Positions 1-8,849 of a DNA stretch of 64,000 nt are shown here, one piece after another. A program made the position numbers and the translations under genes. The DNA is from a virus. Taxonomy: Duplodnaviria; Caudoviricetes. Numbering within the stretch: position 1 is the first letter of the stretch; each line of letters starts with the position of its first letter. The stretch lies in the IMG/VR virus record IMGVR_UViG_3300021431_000005, positions 32,001 through 96,000 of that record; one strand, given 5' to 3'. The notes beneath the pieces are model-generated. The model was not told the origin of the DNA. It saw nothing but the letters and a program-made list of their open reading frames with translations, and made no database searches.

Positions 1-1066
1 TTTTTATATCGACCCCTTTGCGAATCATCAAACTAGCAAACGTGTGTCTCAAAGTATGAAGTCCCTGTGGGTCGTCTATATTTGCTCTTTTACAGATTCC
101 TAGATATGAATTTCTAACAGCAGAAACCTCACGTTTTCCATTTGTTGTAATCACAAAATCATCATTATGAGGTTTGGTATTCTCTTTTAATTGAGTTATA
201 TAATAAATTGCCGATCCTGTTAGGTATACGATTCTACTTTTTCGAGTCTTAGTGCTGTCTTGTATTAAAACTTGTCTTTCATTATTTTTATGCGTGACCG
301 CAATATTACTATGAACTTTTATAAATTTATTGTTCAAATCTATATCTTTCCATTTTAGAGCTAACAATTCCCCAATTCGTAGCCCCGTATAAATGAGAAT
401 AATAAAAGCATATCCATTAGAATATTTAAATCTGCCATTTTTGTATTTTGATAGAGCAACCTCTTTAAATGCGTTAATCTCGTCATCATCAAAAAAACGT
501 ATTTCTTTAATTGGTCTACTGATAGATGTTTTAGATGGCTTAGCGACAAATTCACAAGGATTTTTTTCAATCAAGCCTTGATAACAAGCATATTTTAAGC
601 ATTCGTTTGTCAATACATATGCCTTATTGATTGTTGAAAAACTATAATTGGTTTCCTGTAACCTATTTACAAGTTGTAATTGTATAATACTTGTAGTCAA
701 TTCGCTGAGATCGTAGCCACCAATATATGGAACAATATTGTTATTTGCTGTTGTGGAGTCACGGTCATAACTCGCAGGCTTTAATTTGTTTTTCTTTACA
801 TTGTTCAGATAACTATTTAAAAAGTCTTTAAATTGAATATTATTTTTTACGTTGTTAGTATTGGTACTATTCACCAATGTTCCTTGATTCACAAATTCTT
901 TCATCTTATATATAACTTCATCTTGTGACGAGTTAAGGAAACGTTTGTATTTGACTCTACCATTGGAATATTTTCCATTCTCTACCTGACCTATCCACAC
1001 TTGTTTAGTATTGTCATAATACACCGAGCCTAAACCTTTGACGTGTCTAACTTTTTTGTTAGCCAT
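1..1066 (-). CDS. int: Phage integrase (tyrosine recombinase), C-terminus runs off the window edge
   Basis: Absent from the ORF track because it is truncated. ATG at 1066 with a GGAGG RBS. Hand translation gives MANKKVRHVKGLGSVYYD (arm-binding N-terminus) and, in the same frame, GLHTLRHTFASLMIRKGVDIK (HxxR box). Adjacent to a tRNA-derived att core. Confidence 0.92.
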   Translation of the reverse strand, partial: MANKKVRHVKGLGSVYYDNTKQVWIGQVENGKYSNGRVKYKRFLNSSQDEVIYKMKEFVNQGTLVNSTNTNNVKNNIQFKDFLNSYLNNVKKNKLKPASYDRDSTTANNNIVPYIGGYDLSELTTSIIQLQLVNRLQETNYSFSTINKAYVLTNECLKYACYQGLIEKNPCEFVAKPSKTSISRPIKEIRFFDDDEINAFKEVALSKYKNGRFKYSNGYAFIILIYTGLRIGELLALKWKDIDLNNKFIKVHSNIAVTHKNNERQVLIQDSTKTRKSRIVYLTGSAIYYITQLKENTKPHNDDFVITTNGKREVSAVRNSYLGICKRANIDDPQGLHTLRHTFASLMIRKGVDIK

Positions 1067-1138
1067 TGAGACCTCCTTTAGTTATAAAGATAGTTTTTAT
1101 TTGTCAAAAATACATCAAAGCAACGTCGTTCTATTATT

Positions 1139-1167
1139 AGTATAACAGAAAACTAGCAATTTGTCAA
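1139..1167 (-). promoter_or_regulatory. Sigma-A promoter of integrase
   Basis: TTGACA-17bp-TATACT with extended -10 TG on the minus strand. Confidence 0.7.
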
Positions 1168-1175
1168 GGCGATGA

Positions 1176-1199
1176 GGTGTGTAAAAAGTGTGTAGATTT
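1176..1199. repeat. Putative integrase arm-type binding sites (left of att core)
   Basis: GGTGTGTAAAAAGTGTGTAGATTT tandem GTGTGTA; near-identical copy at 1494-1517 on the other side of the core. Confidence 0.65.
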
Positions 1200-1353
1200 T
1201 CGGTACAGGCAGGGAAAAATGGGGACAAACAGTGAAACATCAAACTTCAATTTCAACCTGAATTTATATCAATATTGTTTTATACTGTTGTAATATTCTT
1301 GCATATACCATAGAAAAAACTACACAATACTGTACTTTTAAAAAAAGGCAAAA

Positions 1354-1387
1354 GAAAAAGGAGACATGAATTTCTTCATATCTCCTC
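1354..1387 (-). terminator. Rho-independent terminator after the tRNA 3' fragment
   Basis: GGAGATATGAAG/TTCATGTCTCC hairpin followed by a T-run on the minus strand. Confidence 0.65.
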
Positions 1388-1389
1388 AG

Positions 1390-1436
1390 AGGCGTCACCC
1401 AGATTTGAACTGGGGATCAGGGAGTTGCAGTCCCGT
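1390..1436 (-). other. attP core: 3' half of tRNA-Cys(GCA)
   Basis: ACGGGACTGCAACTCCCTGATCCCCAGTTCAAATCTGGGTGACGCCT gives anticodon arm (GCA), T-arm and acceptor 3' strand. D-arm and 5' strand are absent. Flanked by integrase and arm repeats. Confidence 0.85.
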
Positions 1437-1493
1437 ATTATATTATTATATAACCCTTGAAAATCAATGGTTTAAAAGATTTATTATTTTTAA

Positions 1494-1517
1494 GGTGTGT
1501 AAAAGTGTGTAAAATTT
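1494..1517. repeat. Putative integrase arm-type binding sites (right of att core)
   Basis: GGTGTGTAAAAGTGTGTAAAATTT; followed by TTGTCTGAGC x2 at 1530-1550. Confidence 0.65.
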
Positions 1518-1591
1518 CTGAAACCAATCTTGTCTGAGCTTTGTCTGAGCAAAATTGTAAAATTATTGTAACTTATATAATTAAGAATCGT

Positions 1592-1647
1592 AAAAAATTA
1601 GGGGCATACATTTAGCAATCAGCTATTTGTATGCCCCTGTTTTTTTT
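1592..1647. terminator. Bidirectional terminator
   Basis: AGGGGCATACA...TGTATGCCCCT stem with an A-run before and a T-run after. Confidence 0.75.
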
Positions 1648-1672
1648 GTATATCAGTTAGCAAAAACTAACA

Positions 1673-2743
1673 TTATAAATCATTTAATCCTTTCTGTTCG
1701 ACTTTCTTGATTCCTTCTTCTCCAAAATACTGTTCGAGCATTTCAGAGGTATCTCGATCATCATAGCAATTGACCATCTCGATACTATTCCATCCTAATA
1801 CTTGCTGAACAATACTCTCGGGTAATCCTTGTTTAAGTAAGTTCGTAGTAAAGGCATGACGAATTGAATGCCAATAGAACTTAGTCTCAATCCCCAACTT
1901 CTTCGATAATATTGTATTAAACGTATCGCCCCATGAATCAATTGTATTAGTTTCAACCTTTTCGTCAACGCATTTTCCCTCTCTGTCTATCTTCGGGAAT
2001 AGCCATTCGCTTTCAATGCCCAGTTCGTTTCTTTTGCCTAGCCATAATTCAAGGTAAGGACTAAAAGGTTTCGCAAGCGTGTAAAGGTCAAGAAGTTTAC
2101 CTCGTGAACCTCTGCCTTTTGTCACTACCTTTTCAGGTGTCTTATACAACGAACCCCCACAAATTAAATTGCTGTCGTCAAAATAACCCACCTTAAATCT
2201 CGGCAATTCAGCTTTGCGCCTGCCACTATACATAGCAAGTGCAAGTATGCAAGCCTTTTCAATACTCTGCCAATCGCCCTGTCCAACAAGATAATCAAGA
2301 AGCTGTTGGAGTTCTTCTTCTTTGAACACTGATTTGTCACGAACTGCCACATTCTCGGGTGATTCAATCTTGCGAACAATAGGTCTGTAATCTTCATACT
2401 CATCGTCTAAAATATTTTCAATATAGTTTGACCATGAAGAAATCGTTGCCTTTACTGTTCGCAATCTTTTAGGCGACCAACCCCACTCATTAAGAGCGTG
2501 TGACTGAAACTTTGCTATCTCTCTCTTAGTCAGATCAATGAAGAACTTGTTCTTGTTATACTCTAAGTTCCAACAGAGAAAAACTTTAAGGTTCGCTTCA
2601 TACTGTTTAATGGTACTCGCAGCTTTGTCAACCGAGCGCAGATATTCGAGAAAGTCATTCATCAAATCTATGTTCTCAGAATTGACCTGTACGAGTTTTT
2701 CGGGGGAGGTAATGCTGTTGTAAACTGTTTTTCTGTTTGCCAT
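1673..2743 (-). CDS. Tyrosine recombinase (XerC/D-like, with SAM-like core-binding domain)
   Basis: SGRRKAE (R), KGRG (K), WHSIRH (HxxR), LGW, C-terminal Y. Confidence 0.88.
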   Translation of the reverse strand: MANRKTVYNSITSPEKLVQVNSENIDLMNDFLEYLRSVDKAASTIKQYEANLKVFLCWNLEYNKNKFFIDLTKREIAKFQSHALNEWGWSPKRLRTVKATISSWSNYIENILDDEYEDYRPIVRKIESPENVAVRDKSVFKEEELQQLLDYLVGQGDWQSIEKACILALAMYSGRRKAELPRFKVGYFDDSNLICGGSLYKTPEKVVTKGRGSRGKLLDLYTLAKPFSPYLELWLGKRNELGIESEWLFPKIDREGKCVDEKVETNTIDSWGDTFNTILSKKLGIETKFYWHSIRHAFTTNLLKQGLPESIVQQVLGWNSIEMVNCYDDRDTSEMLEQYFGEEGIKKVEQKGLNDL

Positions 2744-2762
2744 TTATTTTCACCCCTCTCAT

Positions 2763-3398
2763 TTATGTAAACCTTTGAGCATCGACTGCACGATTCACTG
2801 TCATTTCGGTAGCAGAAAGAATCCTGTTATAGTAACGTCCGCTGTAAACATTGCCTTCAAGCACTCGATCACTCACCGAACCGCAGCCTAAATAGATATA
2901 ACCGCCTCTGTCTGTCATTCCGCTGGTATTATTAGGTATATTAGTAAAAGTATCAGCCAATTCGCCATTAACAAAAACATAAGCAATTCTGTTGGGAATG
3001 TCGACTACCACTGATATAGTGATAAGTTCTCCAACTAGCCACGAATAGGAACTATGATTATGATACCATTCGCCGTTGATTGCCATATCAATTTTTCCGT
3101 AATTCATTGATGCTATGACAGTTGCAGAACTTATGTCATAACCATATGGCGCAAATTCAAGAAAACGCATATACTCGTTGTTGGTTGATGTGATTTTTGC
3201 ACATACCTCAAACGTGTAACCGTTTGAAAAATCAAGTCCTTCGCCGATGAACGCCTGACTGCCGATCTTGCCGATGTCCCTGTCGGTGTAGTAGAACAAG
3301 CCGTTTTGAACATACTCAGGAAGTGTACTACCGCTGCCTTTTATAGCGATATTGGATATATCAATTGACTCTCCGTCTTTGTAATACTTTACGCTCAT
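2763..3398 (-). CDS. LamG/concanavalin-A-like jelly-roll protein (putative receptor-binding)
   Basis: YTFEV...YVFVNG...IYLG...LEGNVYSGRYYNRILSATE, the LamG C-terminal signature. Confidence 0.75.
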   Translation of the reverse strand: MSVKYYKDGESIDISNIAIKGSGSTLPEYVQNGLFYYTDRDIGKIGSQAFIGEGLDFSNGYTFEVCAKITSTNNEYMRFLEFAPYGYDISSATVIASMNYGKIDMAINGEWYHNHSSYSWLVGELITISVVVDIPNRIAYVFVNGELADTFTNIPNNTSGMTDRGGYIYLGCGSVSDRVLEGNVYSGRYYNRILSATEMTVNRAVDAQRFT

Positions 3399-3423
3399 TT
3401 TATCATCTCGCTTTCCTTATAAA

Positions 3424-3460
3424 TAAAAATCCTCCGCAGAGAGTTGATCTCCACGGAGAA
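3424..3460 (-). terminator. Rho-independent terminator
   Basis: TCCGTGGAGA/TCTCTGCGGA stem followed by TTTTTATTT. Confidence 0.6.
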
Positions 3461-3478
3461 TAAAATGCAATTTATTGA

Positions 3479-3526
3479 ACACTATATATTGTGTTCCATG
3501 CGTTGAAAATGTACAATATATAGGTA
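3479..3526. promoter_or_regulatory. Tandem NrdR boxes
   Basis: ACACTATATATTGTGT (3479-3494) matches consensus acaCwAtATaTwGtgt; second core CAATATATAG lies 32 bp further on. Confidence 0.7.
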
Positions 3527-3557
3527 TGTAGTGCCGATAAAAAGTTGGTTTTATTGG

Positions 3558-4460
3558 TTAGGCTTTGGTGTATTCGAGAATAAGTGTCATTAACTTATTA
3601 TGGTAACTGTTATCTGCTGTTGTAAAGTACCATCCTTTGGTATTTGGATTCCAGTTAAGAAAAATACTACTAGTGTTTGATTGATACGAGTTTATTCTTG
3701 TATTCCAACCACTGTTATTGATAAAACCGTCTAATAGAATTATAGTTCCTATAGTTTCTGTTCCTGCAATTGCAAAAGATCCATCCGTTGATGGAGAATT
3801 TTGAGTTATCACTTTCCTATAAATCTTCTTTCCATCAATCCAAACCTTACCAGTATCAACTTCATCGGTCGAATACCTATCGCCTTCTTGCTGAATGTCG
3901 GCTTCGTTGGAAACGACTTTGGCTTTGATTATGTAGTTGACGGATGTATTAGTTGGACGAATTGCATACATACTGTTACGAGTGTCATCAAATGTAGCTG
4001 GAAAACTTGTATATCTTCCTTTTGCGGTTGTATCATATTCAAAATCTGCATTAATTGAATCTTTATTAAATATTCCTCCATAATATGGAAATGTTGAATT
4101 ACCTGAAGGGTCTGTTCCAGCAATTGCTATTTTCGTAGCATCTTGATGCTCGCCCACAGTTCCACCATTACCCTGCCCAGTATGTGAGTTCGTTCCTGCA
4201 CCACGCAGAAACTCACCTCTCAAATCAGGAACATTAAAAGTCGTACTTCCATCACCCGCTCCAAAACTCGTCCCAATAACCGCAAACAATGCAGAATAAT
4301 CAGTTCTTGAAACCGCTGAACCATCACAAAGCAAAAACCCCTTTGGAGCAGTTACACCACCGAAAGAAAGAATTGTACCGATAGGGCAAAAGGCGTTTAT
4401 TGTGCCGCCTGCCGCCCAAACCCATTCGCCCGTTGTTTTATCTTTAATTGAAACTGACAT
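3558..4460 (-). CDS. Tail fibre protein with phage tail-collar domain
   Basis: PIGTILSFGG..APKGFLLCDGSAVSRTDYSALFAVIGT.FGAGDGSTTFNVPDLRGEFLRG; C-terminal YST.E..TG..WIDGKKIYRK module. Confidence 0.9.
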   Translation of the reverse strand: MSVSIKDKTTGEWVWAAGGTINAFCPIGTILSFGGVTAPKGFLLCDGSAVSRTDYSALFAVIGTSFGAGDGSTTFNVPDLRGEFLRGAGTNSHTGQGNGGTVGEHQDATKIAIAGTDPSGNSTFPYYGGIFNKDSINADFEYDTTAKGRYTSFPATFDDTRNSMYAIRPTNTSVNYIIKAKVVSNEADIQQEGDRYSTDEVDTGKVWIDGKKIYRKVITQNSPSTDGSFAIAGTETIGTIILLDGFINNSGWNTRINSYQSNTSSIFLNWNPNTKGWYFTTADNSYHNKLMTLILEYTKA

Positions 4461-4477
4461 ATTATTCCACCTCCATA

Positions 4478-5572
4478 TTAAGCCTTAGCATAAATTACAG
4501 TTAAGAACAAATATCCTTGTGTATCTTCGTGATTGCTCCAAACCTTACAAGCGCCACTTTCTTCAACCCAACAACGCAAAGAAGAACAGCCTACACTGGA
4601 ACTACCAGTTGCAAGAGCAGTTCCCTCTGCGGAATACTTAGGTTTATAACCTGTTGGTAAGGTAAAGATAGTAACATTACCCTTTTCACCAGCGGTATTA
4701 AAGATCAGCATTCCAGTACAGATTTGTAAATTTCCAATCGTTTGAATACGAATATTATTTGTTTCTGTGCTTACTACATCAGTGTTTAATGCGGAAGTAG
4801 GAAGTCGGTAATAGCCAACGGTTTCTAATGCTTCAACCCTATTTTCAAGTCCGCTACTTCCTTCATCGTCTGTAATAAGCCGTACCTCGATTTTCGCAGC
4901 TTTTTCAGGATAGTCTGATTCAAATTGTTCCCATTCTGCGGTAGTTCCGCTCCAACGCTTATTCGGTTCTCCTACAACAGTTGTACTTCCATCTGTACTA
5001 TCAACTGCATTAACGTTAGGCTTGTCTGTGAGAATGGCAACCTGATAGTCGGTTTTAGAAGTCTCGCTTTCCCACTCAGCGGAAGTTCCAATGAATACAG
5101 AACTTGCGTTTTTAATAGCATCGTATACGCCACCCGAGGTTACAAGGTTTGTAGAGTTCTCAGTAGGAGTAGAGTCGGGGTTGTTTACTTTATTTTGAAG
5201 TTCAGTATAGCCTTCAAGTTCCACAAGACGAATGGCATACCAATGAACCTGTAATCCTAACGGAGTATGCGAAAGATTACCTGTGTAAGTTACAAAAAAA
5301 GTAAAACCAGTTGTTGATTTTGTGCTTACATTTACATAGTTATAACTTTCTCCATGACCAGTAACAGGCTTATCAAAAACCACCATATAATCGGTATCTG
5401 GCATCGGAACATCAAACGTAACGTTGGCTTCTATACGAGTATCACCTGTTGCTGCGTCAACTTCTGTGTTAATCCATGTACCTTCTCTTATCTCAGAAGC
5501 AGTAGCATCAAGGATAACAGTAGAGCCAGCAATACGTCTTAATGCCCCGTTTTCTTTTATATTTAAGCTCAT
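4478..5572 (-). CDS. Tail fibre / receptor-binding protein
   Basis: gp53/H-type-lectin-like VTFDVPMPDTDY...KSTTGF...WYAI; PTENSTNLVTSGGV motif; C-terminal IFTLPTGYKP beta-sandwich. Confidence 0.65.
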   Translation of the reverse strand: MSLNIKENGALRRIAGSTVILDATASEIREGTWINTEVDAATGDTRIEANVTFDVPMPDTDYMVVFDKPVTGHGESYNYVNVSTKSTTGFTFFVTYTGNLSHTPLGLQVHWYAIRLVELEGYTELQNKVNNPDSTPTENSTNLVTSGGVYDAIKNASSVFIGTSAEWESETSKTDYQVAILTDKPNVNAVDSTDGSTTVVGEPNKRWSGTTAEWEQFESDYPEKAAKIEVRLITDDEGSSGLENRVEALETVGYYRLPTSALNTDVVSTETNNIRIQTIGNLQICTGMLIFNTAGEKGNVTIFTLPTGYKPKYSAEGTALATGSSSVGCSSLRCWVEESGACKVWSNHEDTQGYLFLTVIYAKA

Positions 5573-5592
5573 AGTCTTATTTCACCTCTGCT

Positions 5593-6519
5593 TTATGATA
5601 CAAACCATGATATAGGCTGAATTGTAACATTTTGAACGTACCAATTTTCACCATTGCCATCGCTGTTTATTGTAATTGAGTCTCCCGCCCTAACAAAAGC
5701 AATTAACACGCCAGTTGTAATTGGGTTTTCTACATCTGATGCTGGACCAGTATAATTAGGAACGCTATCAACTGCTCGTCCATTTACTACTAAAGTAATA
5801 GTGTTTCCGGAATATCGTTTAAGAAAATGAACTCTAAGAAGTCCAGTGTGAGTGGCGGTATATGATTTTGCTGTAGTCAAATCCCCTGCCTCATTTTTTA
5901 AAACTACCTGTGCTGATGGTGCTGTTGGCTTTAAATTATTTACAACTTTCGTGTATAATTCCTCATCAGCATTAGCCACCGCATTACTTGTAACAGGATT
6001 CATATTATCTTCTTCAACAACATCTACTAATTCATGCGTATCAATATCATCTAAAATGGAAACGTAAGTGCCATCTTCAATATTATCCTTTTGTGCTTCA
6101 TATTCAGCTCTCGTACCAGACCAATGCGGAACGTCCTCGTTCTTCTGAACCTCTTTCTCGACCCAGCTATAAGAACCGCTATCCTCAACGCATTCATAGA
6201 AGTAGCCATTAGTAAGTGTAGTAGTTGTAGCACCGATATACTGATAAATATTACCTACCTCACTTGTGCCCGCAGTAGGAAGTGTTTCAACCTGAATAGT
6301 ATCGCCGCCATCGGACACTTGCATTTTCTCCCAAGAATAGGCGGGAGTTACCCCGCCATCAGATACACACTTATAAAAATAACCATTGGTATAATTTGCA
6401 TTTGTAGCACCAACGTACTGAACTATCGCTCCTGAATTATCAGCGGTTGCGGTAGGCATAATAGAAACCTGTGTGGTTTCGCCTACGTTATAACCTTTAT
6501 AAACTATTTTGTTTCCCAT
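5593..6519 (-). CDS. Tail fibre-like protein with 2 copies of the YQYxG-TNGYFYxC repeat
   Basis: Start reassigned to ATG 6519 (GAGGTG RBS); repeat shared with neighbouring genes. Confidence 0.6.
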   Translation of the reverse strand: MGNKIVYKGYNVGETTQVSIMPTATADNSGAIVQYVGATNANYTNGYFYKCVSDGGVTPAYSWEKMQVSDGGDTIQVETLPTAGTSEVGNIYQYIGATTTTLTNGYFYECVEDSGSYSWVEKEVQKNEDVPHWSGTRAEYEAQKDNIEDGTYVSILDDIDTHELVDVVEEDNMNPVTSNAVANADEELYTKVVNNLKPTAPSAQVVLKNEAGDLTTAKSYTATHTGLLRVHFLKRYSGNTITLVVNGRAVDSVPNYTGPASDVENPITTGVLIAFVRAGDSITINSDGNGENWYVQNVTIQPISWFVS

Positions 6520-6532
6520 AATATCACCTCTC

Positions 6533-8410
6533 TTACAGAAGTTTAACCATAATTGATACGCCCTGATGATACAGATTGTAAGCAGTGGCTCTCTCGGTAG
6601 CATCATTCATTGAATACTCTTCTTCATTAATACAAACAGACGTTGCACCTGAACTAGTGTAAGCATAACCAGTAGACATACTATCCGTGCCTTTAAATAA
6701 GATTGTATTGATTCCTGCAAGTTCACACTTACCTAACGAAATGTTTAATCGCCAGTTTATATCAATAAAACCAAAACCATAGCCATCACAGTGCGTACCT
6801 GTAGCTGAACCATATGGAATCCTTATACTATAATCTTCACCGATAGAAACCTCATCGGGTATGATACAGATTAAAGTCGGACTTGACCCACCTGTGTCAT
6901 CATCAGAGAATCCGAAATTACACTGGTCAATTGTTATTATAGCCAGTCTGCCTTTGTTGTTGTGCATAAAAACAGCAAAATCATTCCATCGTGATTTTAA
7001 ATCTGCAAAGTCGCCAACAGAAAAGACATCCGAATCCCATTCAAAGGTATAGTCAGCGTTTCTTCTAACGTCTGATTTAGCGGTTTCAAATTCTGTCTTA
7101 TAGTCGGAAACATCAGGAGTTCCTGTAACCACCCATACAATATCGAGTGTATCTAATACAGTTTTATTATCGTTGTATAATACATAGTCGATCAGACAGG
7201 TATCAACTTCCTTGTTGCTGTCAGTAGCCGTACCATCGGCTATTTCCTTTAACTGATAAATCGGTGTAGCAGTAGAATCAATAAGTAAATAGAAACCGTC
7301 TGCAAGTCCCGAAAGAGATGTTACAGCGATAGCATTAACTTTGGCTTCACCATCAGTACTTTCCTGTACTTCCTGATTTACCCACTCATATTCCGTAGGG
7401 TCTGTATCGGGGATAGACACGCACCGATAAAAGAATCCTTTTATGAAATTGCTATCAGTCTCGCCTACATACTGAATAACCTTATTAAGATATTCTGCGC
7501 CCGCCGTGGGGACTACGCTGTACTGTATCTTCTCAACCTCTATTTCATCGCTAGAAATCTTATAGGTGGTTTCACGGTCAGAATCACCCACATAAAACTC
7601 ACGCTTGACTGTGCGATAATAGAATGTATCTGTACCGCTTACAAGAGGATATGTACCGTCAGCTTGTACAAGGTTGAAGTCGGGGTCAGCAAATGTTAGA
7701 GATATAAAGTCACTCCATGTTACTCCGTCTGTGCTTGACTGTATTTCTACTCCGTCAACAGCAGTGTATACATTATTGTTGTACTCAAAATTAGTATCGT
7801 CATCAAGGAATCCCTCACTTGTCAGTTTCGATACAACATTCGAGTAATTACGCAGACCGTAAATAACGTCCTCAATATTGTTTCCAGTAGGCAGAGTGTC
7901 AACATATTTCACGACTTCTCCAAAAGGCTGAACATCTTTTCTGACCCAAGCGTAGGTAGCAGGATCAGTCGTAGAATCTTCTACGCATTCATAGAAATAG
8001 CCGTTTGTATAGTTGGTATCGGTCGTGCCAATAAACTGATAAATCTTGCCGACTTCATCTTCGTTCGCTGTTGGTAACTCTGCTACCTGAAAGACATCCT
8101 GCTTCGCTTGAAGTGCAGTCCAGACACCGCCCGAATAAACAAGATTGGTTGAGTTTTCAGTAGGCAGATTGTCAACGTCAGGCTCATCGGTTATAATGAT
8201 TATTGAACCGTCCTCGATCTCTCCTGCTTCGATTGCCGCATCATATTCCTCTCTCGTACCTATCCAATGAGGAATCTCAGAGTCTTTTATTTCCTGAATC
8301 GCTTCGGCGATAGCACGGTTTTCAACAGGATTTGTGGAATCCAAAAGCAATTCCGTATCAACCGTTGGAACACCGCCATACACTTTGCCATTACGTATGA
8401 TAACAGGCAT
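6533..8410 (-). CDS. Tail fibre-like protein with 2 copies of the shared repeat
   Basis: ORF with RBS, shared repeat domain, position in tail cluster. Confidence 0.6.
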   Translation of the reverse strand: MPVIIRNGKVYGGVPTVDTELLLDSTNPVENRAIAEAIQEIKDSEIPHWIGTREEYDAAIEAGEIEDGSIIIITDEPDVDNLPTENSTNLVYSGGVWTALQAKQDVFQVAELPTANEDEVGKIYQFIGTTDTNYTNGYFYECVEDSTTDPATYAWVRKDVQPFGEVVKYVDTLPTGNNIEDVIYGLRNYSNVVSKLTSEGFLDDDTNFEYNNNVYTAVDGVEIQSSTDGVTWSDFISLTFADPDFNLVQADGTYPLVSGTDTFYYRTVKREFYVGDSDRETTYKISSDEIEVEKIQYSVVPTAGAEYLNKVIQYVGETDSNFIKGFFYRCVSIPDTDPTEYEWVNQEVQESTDGEAKVNAIAVTSLSGLADGFYLLIDSTATPIYQLKEIADGTATDSNKEVDTCLIDYVLYNDNKTVLDTLDIVWVVTGTPDVSDYKTEFETAKSDVRRNADYTFEWDSDVFSVGDFADLKSRWNDFAVFMHNNKGRLAIITIDQCNFGFSDDDTGGSSPTLICIIPDEVSIGEDYSIRIPYGSATGTHCDGYGFGFIDINWRLNISLGKCELAGINTILFKGTDSMSTGYAYTSSGATSVCINEEEYSMNDATERATAYNLYHQGVSIMVKLL

Positions 8411-8427
8411 CAGCTATCACTCCTTTC

Positions 8428-8577
8428 TTAATGTGTTATTCCCAATCTCCTGAGAATTTCTTCCTTTTCGTCCTCAGTTAATTTGGGATAATCTTCAAAA
8501 ATTTCTTCGATGGTTTCGCCTTTTGCAAGCCTGCGTTCAATAACTCTCACAAACAGCTTTATCATTGCTTCCGACAT
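8428..8577 (-). CDS. Small tail-associated protein (49 aa, MSEAMIKLFVRVIERRLAKGETIEEI...)
   Basis: Hand-translated; overlaps the stop of the upstream gene; resembles small XkdX/CD1375-type chaperone-locus proteins. Confidence 0.6.
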   Translation of the reverse strand: MSEAMIKLFVRVIERRLAKGETIEEIFEDYPKLTEDEKEEILRRLGITH

Positions 8578-8834
8578 TAGAAACCACCCCCTATCATGTC
8601 AGCCAAAATATCTTCGATGTCCGAAAGTCGATCGCTATTCTCTGAACTTGTGAGGAAGATAGCATAGTTCTCTTTCGGAATTTTCTGTTCTTCATATCTG
8701 TATGTGACGTGTTCATTTCCGAACTCATCAACCTCTGTTTTTGAAACTACATTTCTGCGAATATACACCCACTTCTTTGAAGAAAGTGAGTCTATCATAA
8801 TAGGTGATACCATTGATTCAACTTTATACCACAT
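8577..8834 (-). CDS. Tail fibre assembly-like hypothetical protein
   Basis: ORF with GGAGG RBS directly after a fibre gene; C-terminal LSDIEDILADM helix. Confidence 0.55.
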   Translation of the reverse strand: MWYKVESMVSPIMIDSLSSKKWVYIRRNVVSKTEVDEFGNEHVTYRYEEQKIPKENYAIFLTSSENSDRLSDIEDILADMIGGGF

Positions 8835-8849
8835 ACTCTTTTCCTCCTT

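Noticed and set aside
361-581. Short ORFs 361-570 and 393-581
   Set aside because: They lie within the integrase frame, which the track missed because it is truncated by the window edge.
1390-1436. Functional tRNA-Cys gene
   Set aside because: 5' acceptor strand and D-arm are missing; best read as an att core.
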